Positions 27,300 through 40,520 of a stretch of DNA of 64,000 nt are shown here, piece after piece. Position numbers and translations under genes: made by a program. The DNA is from the human T2T-CHM13v2.0 reference genome, Homo sapiens: assembly GCF_009914755.1 (NCBI RefSeq), contig NC_060938.1; one strand, 5' to 3'. The notes under the pieces are model-generated. The model saw only the letters and a list, made by a program, of their open reading frames with translations, had not been told where the DNA came from and did no database searches. Numbering within the stretch: the stretch's first letter is position 1; every line of letters begins with the position of its first letter.

Positions 27300-27560
27300 T
27301 TTGGTGCCCAGAAGTGTACATGCTACACCAGGGGTGGGCTTGAATAAAGCAGAGTGGAAGGGGACAATCACCTGCCTCCCCAGAGTGCACGATGTCCTAT
27401 TACTAGTATGTTTAATAATACTAATATTAGTATAATATTATACTAATATTATTAGTATATCTTAGGAGACATTACTATTTCTGCTAGTCATTTACACTGT
27501 CAGTATTGAAATTATGGTCAGTCAGATCCTTGACATCTCTTTACTTAGGCTGTTGCTCGT
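27300..27560 (-). mobile_element. L3/CR1 fragment (probable further pieces at ~29.8-32 kb)
   Basis: 'tggtgcccagaagtgtaca...gcagagtggaaggggacaatcacctgcc' resembles antisense CR1. Confidence 0.55.
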
Positions 27561-27829
27561 CCACACCTCACTTGGCCTGCCTTTCATTTTTCCTTTTAGA
27601 AAAAAAAGAGATACCTTTTCCAAAAATATCTTCTTTTTTTCTGATTAAATACTACAAGTTTGTTGTGGAAACTTTGAAAATGCAGAAACGTACAAAGAAG
27701 GAAATCAAAGTTACCATGAACAGCATGATCCAGAGATAACCTCTGTTAATATCTGCATATGTATATTTCCAATATGTGTATGTGCTTCTTTTTTATAAAA
27801 TTAGGATCATGCTGTTTGCCATTCAAAAT

Positions 27830-28420
27830 ATATCCTGAGTCTGACACTTTTCACCATTTTTTCCCAACATAAGTCACCTCTATCTTTTTCTTAAACTACT
27901 GTAAAACTACTAAACTACTATCCCCTAAAATTGGTTTCCCTGCTTCCATTCTTACTCCCCTACACTCTGTTCTCCAAAAAATAACCATTGTGATCCTTTA
28001 AAATCCTGACTCTCTCCTGCTCAGAGTCATCCAGTGGCTTCCCATATCACGTAAAATGAAACCCCAATCGCTCCTTACTCTGGCCTGCAGGGGCCTGTGT
28101 GATGGGCCTTCTCCAGCTTCGTTCTTCCTTTCCTTCTGTTCTCCCCTCTGCTTACCTACTCCATCTCCAGGGCTTCTTTCCAGCTCAAGCCCTTTCCTGT
28201 TGAGAGCATTTGCTTTCCCCAGCGCTACGAGGCTCAGTCCATTTCAGCCCCTGATCCCATACCCTCTCTCAGGGACCACCTTGCCCAAACAGTACCTCTG
28301 CCTCCATCATTCTCCTTTCCCTTTCCCTGATTCATTTTCCTTATTAGAGTAATTAAATAGTCTTCTGTAACATGACTGTATTTTTATTTATGTACATATT
28401 TATTTGCTTGTTTATTTGTA
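27830..28420 (+). mobile_element. L2 fragment
   Basis: 'ggtttccctgcttccattctt...tgatcctttaaaat...ccagtggcttccca'. Confidence 0.7.
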
Positions 28421-28424
28421 CCCT

Positions 28425-29690
<1,266 letters not shown>

Positions 29691-31319
29691 CATGATTTTA
29701 ATGGCTGTAATAGTCTATCATATGTATGTACTATAAGTCTCCTATTGTTAGACTTTTAGGTTGTTTTCCTTCTGGGGTAGTGTAAGTTATAGTCAATATC
29801 TTATTTTTACAGCTTTCATCTTGTGAGATTCCATCACTTCCTGACACAAAGTGATCCCATTTATAATGGGATCCCATTTATAATGATAATTTCTATAATC
29901 AGGTACTATTCTAAATGCTTTACGTACTAATTTAATCTACCTCATATAGTAAGGTATATACAATCATTATCTCCACTTTCCAGATAGGGAAATTGAGTCC
30001 GATAGTGTAAGTAACTTCTTTAACATCACACAATTAGTAAGTGGTAGAGCTGGGATTCCAACAGGTCTCTACTTCCGCAGCCTGAGCTCTCAACCCCTCC
30101 TCCACCTCACCAGCTGCCTCCTGATCTTTCTCCCAGCAGATGTCAGCAAACTTCCTTTGTCTTGCAGATCATTACTGTTTTTGTATAGAGAGGCACTGAA
30201 GACCAAGTCATGTGCCAATTCACATCTTTGTACAGAATAATATTATCCTGTTCTCCAGTCCTTTTAGCGGATTATAGCTGAGCTCCTCTGAATATTCCTT
30301 ACTGTATTATCATGGAGCTTGTATTTCTCTACCTTGTCCACAAAGAAAGTGTGCTGACTTGTTTGTCACCATTTTCTAACTAGACAATGGAACAGTTACT
30401 ACCTGAGGAACCCTGTCAGAGAGGAGATGAGGTTAGTCTGACCAGCATTCATCTTCCTGGGTCAACACAAGGTGTCTAAGCTGCGTTAGAATTTTGCTAA
30501 AAGTCCCTGTTAATAAAACGGAGACATTTGCCCCTCTGCAAGTTTCTGCAAGTTCTACCATGCCTCATAAAGTCTCATATATTATAATATTTCCATTTTT
30601 TTCAGATGTCAGATATTGTAAATGAATTCCTGTTATTTTAGGGTCCTAGAGCTGCTTATTTTACTGTTCCTGTTGCAGTGAGTATTGGGGTGCCTGTATA
30701 GACGGTGCTGAGATGTAATTCATCTGAGGCTGGAGACTTAAATGCAGCAGCCAGGTGCTCTCCTCCTACTTCCTCACTATCACAGACTTTAATTTCCTCT
30801 TGGCCATATTTTTGTTCTTCTTTCTGGCTCGAAGGTCATTCCTGATAAAGAAGATGGAAGCAAACTAGGAGTTGAGTAATTCTGTTTTCACTGTATCATC
30901 TCTAAATTAACTGTGTCATCTGCCCCCAGCAGGAGGCCAAACTCTTCTCTTGTTCTTTTTCTTGTTCTGAACCCACCCCAGTGGCTCCTGGTGTATTTTA
31001 TGTGTGCATTCTCCTGTGCCCCAGCCTTCTACTTCCGTGACTTGATTCTTTCTTTTGATGCCACTCCTTTGTATCTGCTGTTGGCTGCAAATTCCTCCTT
31101 CCTGCCTTTGTGAGTGTCCTTGTAAAATATAAGCTCATTGGAGACAGTAATTTTTTTGGATAGTTCCCTCTCTTCCTCCTCTCCAGAGTAGAGTCAGAAT
31201 TAAATTAGGTGGAGCCTCCAGTCTTTCTAGAACCAAGTTCTACATGATTAGAGTCTCTGACCATGGAATCAAAGAGCATTTAGCCTTGTGCCTTACATAT
31301 AGGAAGTCTGCAATAATGG

Positions 31320-31570
31320 TAACAATAATAACAACAATAATAACCTTTACTGAGTGTTCACCATAATAGTAAACCATACTAGGGGCTTTATATATGTGAT
31401 CTCATTTAATTCTCAATGTTGACATATAAGGTAGGTCTTATTATTCACGATTACAGATGAGGATATTGAGATACAGAGAGGTGACATTTGCACAGCCGTA
31501 AGGACAGCGCCAAGAGCCTGACTCAGGTCTGTCCAGATTCCTGAGCGTGTACTTTAACCTCCACATTCTG
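31320..31570 (-). mobile_element. MIR SINE
   Basis: Antisense 'ctcatttaattctca...ttacagatgagg...gaggtgac'. Confidence 0.75.
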
Positions 31571-32388
31571 CTGCCCTCTGAGATTTAATCCACTGAATCA
31601 CCTTCTTTTCTCTGGACTTGTAGAGTTCTTCATTCTTGCAGTCTCAGGAACATAGACGGCTTGCATTCACTTCCTTGGCTCTTGAGAATCACATAGTGAC
31701 AAGGTCCTTTTCTGTCTAAGCGCCAGTCAATTCCATTGTGTTATCCACCTAGTTCACCTTTAATGGCCAAAATTAGATCCAAGCAGTAGCTCTCTCACAA
31801 CATCCTTGTCCCTCTGTGACATGAAGTTGTCAGTAGAGCAAGGCCTGAGTGAATTGGATGCTCTGCTTCTGACAGAGTGGGGCTCCTAACAGACCTCTGG
31901 ATTGTTCTTCCATCATCCCTCAGCCTGCAGAGAACAGAGCCTGATGGTGGGAGTGACAGGTACACCTAATGGGTGGGCCCAAGGGCAACCAGCCTCTCCT
32001 TGCCCCCTCCCCACTGAGCTTTCTGTGCTCTGGGAATATTATGCTGGCTTGAAGGTTTTTCTTCAACTATGATTTACATGCCACCTATTCTCAAAAAGAA
32101 TGTGAAGTAATTTACAATAAAACATGTCTAAAACAAGACAATTAAAACATATTTTTAAAAGAGAGGCAGATGGAGAGAGGTCAGAAATCACTTGGTTTGA
32201 ATCCCTGACAAGAAGTTATAGCACATGAATGCATTTTGATCAATTCTCGATACAAATGTCTGGGTGTGTAGGAATGGGGAAAAAACTCTGCGGAGTGGGG
32301 AACCTTGAACCTCATGGGCCCCATCCTCCACCTGGAGTCAAAATCAAGTGACATCATGCCTAGCAATGCCTGTGAAAATATTAATTCA

Positions 32389-32701
<313 letters not shown>

Positions 32702-33149
32702 CTATCTGTCTCAGGAAGCCTCGGGGAAGGCAGCAGAGGAACCGCTGCATGTGTGAACTCTAAGTTTAGTGTAGCCAGTTTGCCCAAGGGTCAGAGCCAA
32801 GATAATTCATCACTGTCACAGACAAAAGGCCTCCATAAATTTGTCTTTAAATTTTAATACCTAAATCACATATTATACAGACAGAACTCACACAACCCAT
32901 CTATTTCTCTGTTATAATTTTTAAGGACAAAAATGGTATAAATCATAACAGGACTTTTAAAATTATCACAGTTGTTTCAAGAGATGCTATGCTATAGCTT
33001 TTCTGTTAGACAAGATTCCAGTAGGAAATGGATGACTGAAGAATGAATGAATGAATGAATGAGTGAGTGCCTACATGGTCCCATGACACCAGTGAATCAG
33101 TTTCATACTAGCTGTGACAAACAGTTCATTCAGTAGAGCTGAGCATGAC

Positions 33150-33250
33150 TTCTGGCGGCACTTCCTGTCATGATGTAGGCTGATACTGTGGGAGCTCTGA
33201 GTCAGAACTGCAGCCAGCAACATGACTCAGGGCATTGAGGTCAGGGCAGG
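33150..33250. promoter_or_regulatory. Candidate AP-1/ETS enhancer
   Basis: CACTTCCTGT at 33159-33168, TGAGTCA at 33198-33204, TGACTCA at 33223-33229, AGGTCA half-site ~33238, in apparently unique DNA. Confidence 0.4.
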
Positions 33251-33628
33251 GGAGCTCAGGCACTCCTCTGACCCTTGTCTAGGTGTGCACCTACAACTCC
33301 CTTGATAGGTTTACATATGACCAACTTCATTTGATAGACAGAAAAATAGAGAAGGAACGTTGGTGATGGAGGGTTGGCTTATGACTTTCTATATCATTAG
33401 AGATGTAACAAACACTCGCAGTGACCAGATGAATCAGAAGGAAGATTTCTTGAGGTCCCTGGTAGGCATATTTCCTCTTACCTTCAATTCTATGGGGCAT
33501 TTCTGTAGTTTGTTGAATGGAATCAAAGTGTTAAGGCAACCTAGAAACTAAGTACTAGCCAGGTTCAGTTAGAGGCAATCAAACAATGAAATATCAGGCA
33601 ACAGATTTAACTAAAACTGTTCTCTTAA

Positions 33629-33938
<310 letters not shown>

Positions 33939-34372
33939 TCCTTTCTGTTTTCTTAATGTGAAGGTTTTTAAGTATGTAGGTATTCATGGGAGAAGTAGTA
34001 GTTATTTGTTGTAGGCAAATACTGGTGTTCTCTCAGCTATAGGAAGTCATTAAAGATGGGAATGATTAGGATAGGGAAATGGCATTCGTAACTCTGGGTG
34101 TGGCTATTTTTTTTTGTTAGCTTGATAGAATTTGATAGGCAATGATTTTTAAACTTTCTTGTAAGGCTGGATTAAAATATATAATTTAAAATCTTTGGGG
34201 TGATATTATAGTAAAACCCAGTCTCCACAAGTGATTGTGTAAATTTACTCAATGCATCAAGTATTTGTTGATCACCTGATTGTTAACCATCCATCCATCC
34301 ATTAATCTATCCATCTATTCATCCATCCATCCATCCATCCACCATTTATGCATACACTACTTACTCAGCATA

Positions 34373-34750
34373 TGTTATGGGCTGAATTGTCCCGCCTATC
34401 ACCCCAAATTCATATGTTGAAGTCCTAACCCTCAGTACCTCAGAATGTGACTATATTTGGAGATATGTCTATAAAGACGTAATTAAAGTGAGGGTGGGCC
34501 CTAATCCAATTTTACTAGTATCCTTATAAGAAGGGGAAATTTGGACAGGTGTGTATAGAGAGGAGACTACGAGAAGACACAGACAGAAGATGGCCTTTTA
34601 CAAGCCAAGGAGAGAGGCCTTAGAAGAAACTAACCCTGCTGACACCTTGATCTCAGGCTTCTAGCCTCCAAACTTGTAAGAAAATAAATCTCCGTTGTTT
34701 AAACCACTCAGTCTGCAGTATTTGGTTATGGTAGCCCTAGCAAACTAATG
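34373..34750 (+). mobile_element. MaLR solo LTR (MLT1B-like)
   Basis: 'tgttatgggctgaattgt...aattcatatgttgaagtcctaacc...agccctagcaaactaa'. Confidence 0.88.
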
Positions 34751-35920
34751 TACTTCCAATATACCAGTGCACTATGCTGGATATGATATGCTAGATAATA
34801 CTATGCTATACCAGTGCACTATGCCAGATAATACATGTACTTCCAATATACCAGTGCACTATGTTAGATATGAATGAAGTATCATCTCTGCCTTCAAACA
34901 GCTTCCAGCCTGCTAGGTACAAAACACTGCTAAGTGTCAAGGAAACTATAAAGCTACAGTGATGAATCAAACCTTTAGTTTCATGAGGCGCTTAACATTC
35001 TATAAAACCAGCCCTTGCCCCCATTGGTTTGTATGGGGTTACAATTGGCATGTGCCCCTATTTTATTTTGAATTCTGACCCCAAAAAATGTTTTTGCGTA
35101 TGTCAGTTGGGAGTTAAGTGAAATTTATATCAGCCACAAGAAACTAAAACCTGAAGAGGTATGAGAGGTTGTGTTTTACTTTTTAATTCATATAGCATGA
35201 TTTAGGTATAAAACAGCCTTCAGAGTATTTTTGTGGCTTTAAACCCATCAGAAAACTCATTTTTGCAGTAAAATCCTATCTTCATGGCAGATCCATTTAT
35301 TCTGGGATCACACAGCTTCGGCTGATCTCCAGAGTAAGCAGAAGATACAGTAGTGACAGCTGGCAGCCTCGCTCACTTAGATTCTGTTTGTGCAACTGCT
35401 GTTAATATGGAGCCGCTAACCTAGGAAACAAATCATGGCTTGAACCAAGGTGGAGGACATGGAGCAGGGCCCTGTGGCTTTTGGAGTAGAAGTGGTCACA
35501 CACGTTAACAAACAGCATGAACCCAAACTATAAAAACATAGAATTTTGAGAGCTCTAAGGAAATTTGGATGTTATCTGGTCAAAGCCCTCATTTTGTAGA
35601 TTTGGAGCCAGACACACAGGTTAAATGTTAAGTGGCTTGCCTACGGTAAAAAGGCTAGCTAGTAACAGAAATAGGATGAAGACGTGTCTCTTGCTCTGAG
35701 TACAGCTGTCTTTTCTGCCACTATAGGTTTGGGTTTGGGAAATTAGTAGCCCAGAGCTGATTCCCACACAAACACCGTGTCTGTAATTCAGGTGTGTTGC
35801 TGCTGAATAGAGTGTTGTCTATTCTTAGTGTTGGTCTGAACTGCTGGGCTTCCTATCTGTATTGGAAACTGAGTCAAACAAGTATAGCCCTCTTCTTCCA
35901 CCCAAAAATAGAGCTGTTTA

Positions 35921-36044
35921 TCCCTCACCCCTCCCACCCCCTCTGCTCAGGTGATGGGTACACCAAAATCTCAGAAATCATTACTAAAGAACTTATTCTT
36001 GTAACCAAACACCACCTGTTCCCCAAAAACCTATTTAAATTAAA
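35921..36044 (+). mobile_element. Minute L1PB-type insertion with inverted 5' segment
   Basis: 17-bp TSD aaaaatagagctgttta at 35904-35920 and 36045-36061; L1PB 3' end 'ccaaaatctcagaaatca...ccacctgttccccaaaaaccta'. Confidence 0.85.
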
Positions 36045-38094
36045 AAAAATAGAGCTGTTTAATATAACAAATGTAGAATGAATGCAAAGAGAAAATGAAT
36101 GCCTCTTGGGTACCAGCTGTGTGGCAAGCACTGTGCTGGCCCTTCATGGCAACTATGAGGAAACTGAGGTTGAAGACATTGTATCTCTTGTTTAAGATCT
36201 CACAGTACCAATTGACAGTTCTAGGATTTGTTCTATTCCAGAGCCTACAAGTTTTCCACCAATCTATGTTCCCTCCCTCAGCATAATTAATAATTGTTAT
36301 ACTATAAGGCTAAACTAAATTTATATCAAGATGTCCCAGAGAGTTATATCTTATTTGTTAACCATTAACTTTTCCCAATCAGACACTTAATGCAGCACTA
36401 GTTCCATCTTAAGACTAGAACAGAACACCATGGATGATGATTTTGAACCTCTTTTGGCCAGAAATGTGCCCAGAGTTCTAAACCTTGGACAGCTTTGCAT
36501 CAAGACCTTTGGAGGCAGCTTTCACCTACTCATATACGTGATTCACCATCTCCATGGGGCCCTCTTTTCTTGATTATTAGGTCTGACTTTATTTACAGCT
36601 GAAATGTGATTCCCTTTTATGAAGATCATTTTTTATTCCAAAAAAGACCTTGGGTATTATGTCCTGTTCTCATGGTCAGAAATCTGAATGCTTCAATATA
36701 CTGCATTTTGCTTTTCTTTCATAGCCAAATAAAAGAGAAAGACCACAGTTATACATAGTGTGTCAGTCTGGCTCACTCAGATTATGTTTGTAAAATTCCT
36801 TTTTCTATAGAGCTAATATTTACTCAGCACTGATGTCCCAGGCACCATATGGTATCCCAGGGACCATACTAAGCCCTTTCTATGGATGGTCTCTCTTAAG
36901 ACTCAGAATAACCTTTTGTTTATAAACTGTCACATAGGAGGGTCAAACAACTCAGCCTGGTTCATACTGCCATCAAAAAGCAAAGCTGAGCTTCGAACCC
37001 AGGCTGTGTGTGCAAATCCCTGAGCTTTCAAACCACTGTGCATGCTGTCTCCCAACTCTTTGTTTTTTCTGTGCCTTTCTCTAGCCAGGAGGTTTTTCTC
37101 CACCTGCCCATTTATCTTCCATAATTCTTGCTCTTGGGACAGATGATTTCCAAGGTCCCTTCAAGTATTGAAATTCCATGACTGATTAAAAATTATAATG
37201 TATGCAGTTTGATTAATTTGCACTAATGCCTGAGTTCATTCACAATGTTAATTTCTTTACAAGGTTCCAACAGTTTTTTAACTTACAGATCTCCTTCTGA
37301 TGTTAAAGGAATCATGCTGCTTTTCCTATAATAATATTTAAGTCCCCAGTTTTAAAAACATAAGGTTTAAAAATATATCTGAAAGGATTTTACCATGCAT
37401 GCAACACACCAATTTTCCATATGGACCAAAATAGTCTTTTTAAGACCCTGTTCTCTCAGTTGTCTTTCCCAAGTCTCACAGATGCAGTGCTAATTGCATG
37501 CAGCTTCAGGTCCTTTATAACATGAGGTAACAATTTCAGTGTCTTGGGCTTGAATGCTGCATTTGTTAGACATGCCAGGCCTGGAATTGGTGTCAGCTCG
37601 TCAGGATGCTGAATCCACATGGAGAGCAACTCATCTGAACGTTGGGAAGCTTCCTGGAGAAACTCCTGTTGTGCTCCTCTCAGGCATGGCGTGAGAGCCA
37701 GTGGTGTGACTGGTTCCTTAGCTAGGATGCATCTTGGTCAGACTTGGCAGCACTGGGTGATGGCTCTTTGGGACCAGTGCAGGTATTTGAGTCTCTCTAG
37801 TCAAGTTGTACTTGTTGAAGAATGATTCCAGAAGTGACGTTTATTCACAGACCTACTACTTGGGCTACTTGGGCTAGCTCCAAGTGTCTGAGTGGCTCGG
37901 CGGCTGAAGGCAGACTGCACTTGGGACACATCTAAAATTCATTCTGACTGGATTGAGAAAACAAGGAGACCAAAAAGAAAAGAAGTGGCAGGATTCTGCA
38001 ATCACATCTGTAACTGAGGAGCCACGGGATATAACTTTGGAGAATATCTTGACCTGATCTTGCTTTGCAGCTTGTCTGTAGTTCTAGTCTTTAG

Positions 38095-38330
38095 AGTCGC
38101 GGAAGCCTGAGTTCCCACCAAGCTCAGCTCTTAATGGCTGTGTGATAATGAAGACGTCACTTGATCTTCCTGAGCCTCAGTTTCTTCATCTGTAAATTGG
38201 GATGAGATACCTCCCTCATGGGTCTGTTGTGAGGACAACATGTGATGATCCTGCCAAAGCTCTCTAGGCACTCTGTGCTTAGCTGTGTGGCCAATGCACA
38301 GTCAGCAGCGACACGATGCTATTTTTACTG
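38095..38330 (+). mobile_element. MIR SINE
   Basis: 'ctgagcctcagtttcttcatctgtaaattggga...gttgtgagga'. Confidence 0.8.
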
Positions 38331-39899
38331 CCTTCTTTCCCTCTTTCCCCAAGAGGACACACTCCTCTAGAAAAATAAGGTTCATGCAAACCTGCACTTT
38401 AAGAGCATTTATACAGATGTGCACGATGCAGTGCATGTGTCTTGATGGGGCTTTGTTAAATTGAATTTTAAAATTGTGTTTTAAATATACTTAGGGAAGT
38501 ACAGAAAGGTACCCCAGAACAGGTTGTTTTATAAAGACAACAATAATTTCTGAATTATTTTCATTTCAGCTTTTTATATACTGTGTAGTCACAAAATGAG
38601 AGACCCTCCCCCACTCACCCCACCCTCACAGCTCCCCAGAGGAACAATAGCCATGAGCAAACAGTGCTTGCCTCCTGACCTTCGGGTGTTTCTCCTAAAG
38701 GCTAGCTCATTTAAGGGCAGCAGTCAGGGGCTTGCTACTCTTCGCAGCCCTGTTTCTTTTCTTGTGATGAGAAGAAACAAGCCCAGGCTGACAGCTGGCC
38801 AAGACTTGAACTAGAATGTTGAAGTTGAAAAGTCAAAATGGGTCTGTGTCAAAGGACTAGCAGAGGGGAAGGGACTGTCCTCCGGGGAGCTGAGGAGTGA
38901 GGATGGTCCTCACCTCGATCCAGCGATCAAATTCCCCAAGTAAATCCATGTAAAACATGAACTGTGGCCAGCACTTGTTAAGCAAGGAATATTAAAAATC
39001 ATTGTCATTACTGCTGCTATTATTGTTACAGGCTTGTTCCAAGACTCTGGGTTTTGGCTCAGCTTGTCTAAATGGTCTTCCATCTTAAGGAATCAAGGGG
39101 TAGATTTTGGAACCACTAGCTCCATAGCCAAAGAAGGAGCTATCCAGCAACTTAGGCATTGATTCCGCAAGCCGTCCCAGAGCCTCTGTGTAGTCCTTAC
39201 TTTCCCTAAATTGCCATGACTAGCTGGCTCAAGTTAGGCCTTTCTAATTTACCTGGACCGTCGCTGTCTCCTGTGCACGGCTGCGGGGATGAGCACCTTG
39301 TTGTGCGTTCCTCCGCTGGGCTGACGGAAATGGTTTGCAGCCAGACTGCTACGCCACGCGGTCTGGCATTTAGTCCTCAGAAATCTGATTTAGAGAACGT
39401 ATACATTGCATCACAATCTAGATTTCAGAGGAAAGTTTTGGATAGAATAACCCAGACCCAAGTCTGGGTAATTTAAAGCCTGGGTGAAATGGGGCAGAAA
39501 GAGCCCAGAATATACAGGTCTGAATCTTGGCTGGGGTGATGTGGAAGACTGGAGGCGCCAGACGGCTGGCCTCCCTCCAAGTGTTTACCATGCTGGTGCC
39601 ATGGGGCTGGGGCTGGGCAGTCCATGTGCTCATTCTTCCCTTCTCTTCTCCTCCTCCTCCCCCTCCATCTCTCCTCCTCCTCCTCATGTTTTCTATAGGC
39701 TAGAGAAACTCAGGAACTACTGACCCACAGGGAAGGCAAGCGGAGATATGAGACGGAGGAATCAAACGCTGCCCTGGTGGAGGACGCTGTGGGTTTACAG
39801 TGGATGATTTCCTCTGCCTATGAGATAAAAGGGCTGGCTCTGTACTTTGAACCCCAGCCTCACCCACCTCTGCCTGGGTGTGGCTCTTACTCTCTGGAA

Positions 39900-40520
39900 G
39901 ACTTACTCAGGGGAGAGGACAGGACAGTGTGAGGCTTGAATCTCCAGGAAATAGAGTCTGTGGGCAGCCATTGACTCCGAGTCAATGAGAACAAGGTGTG
40001 CTGTTTCCTCTGTGCTGTTTCTTCCCTGCCCCACTCCCCGCCCCTTTGTCCTATGGTGCCCAGGCTGCCTGCACTGCCCAGATACCACAGGCCTTGCCAG
40101 GGACCTCCTGAGAGGTTTCTGAGGCTTGCAGCCAGTGGTCCCGTTAGTCTGCACGTCTCCGAGTTGCCCTCCCAGAGGAGAAAGCATATGCTGCTGGGAC
40201 CGACTGCAGCTCCTCATGGATGCACCTGCCACCAGAAAATTGTTGTTCAGTCTGGGATTGCTTTCTCTTCCCAAAGCACAATCTCACATGCAGTCATGAG
40301 CCCAGTCCAGCCTCTGGGACAGAAGATTTCGTGCTTTTATAAACCAACAGCACTGCAGGTGCTGCACAAGGTAAGTGTCTCCCTTATTTCTTTCCCTCCC
40401 CGGAAGCCTCTGTATCAAACTAGGAGTTACCTTAATAGGGTCAAAGGAGGGTGTGGCTGTTTCACTTCCTGTTGTCAGCAGCCAAGTGTGCCTGAGGACA
40501 GAGGGTGGTGGGCAGGCACC
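39900..40520. promoter_or_regulatory. Candidate non-CpG-island, possibly bidirectional, promoter
   Basis: Palindrome at 39969-39987; GRE/ARE-like AGAACAaggTGTGCT at 39988-40002; GC box/G4 at 40024-40044; SOX-like cctttgtc; TATAAAAG on the - strand ~40334-40341; KLF gggtgtggc and ETS cacttcctgtt ~40449-40473. Confidence 0.5.
40053..40370 (+). other. Candidate first exon (start unknown; coordinate given is the first in-frame ATG)
   Basis: Consensus donor AAG|GTAAGT at 40370/40371; frame open from ATG 40053 to the donor in phase 0. Confidence 0.45.

Noticed and set aside
34748-34863. 29-bp direct repeats separated by spacer, superficially CRISPR-like
   Set aside because: Only two full copies, the spacer is built from repeat pieces, the context is human and there are no cas genes
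40338-40343. TATAAA as the TATA box of the + strand transcript
   Set aside because: It would place the TSS within a few bases of the donor at 40371, leaving no workable exon
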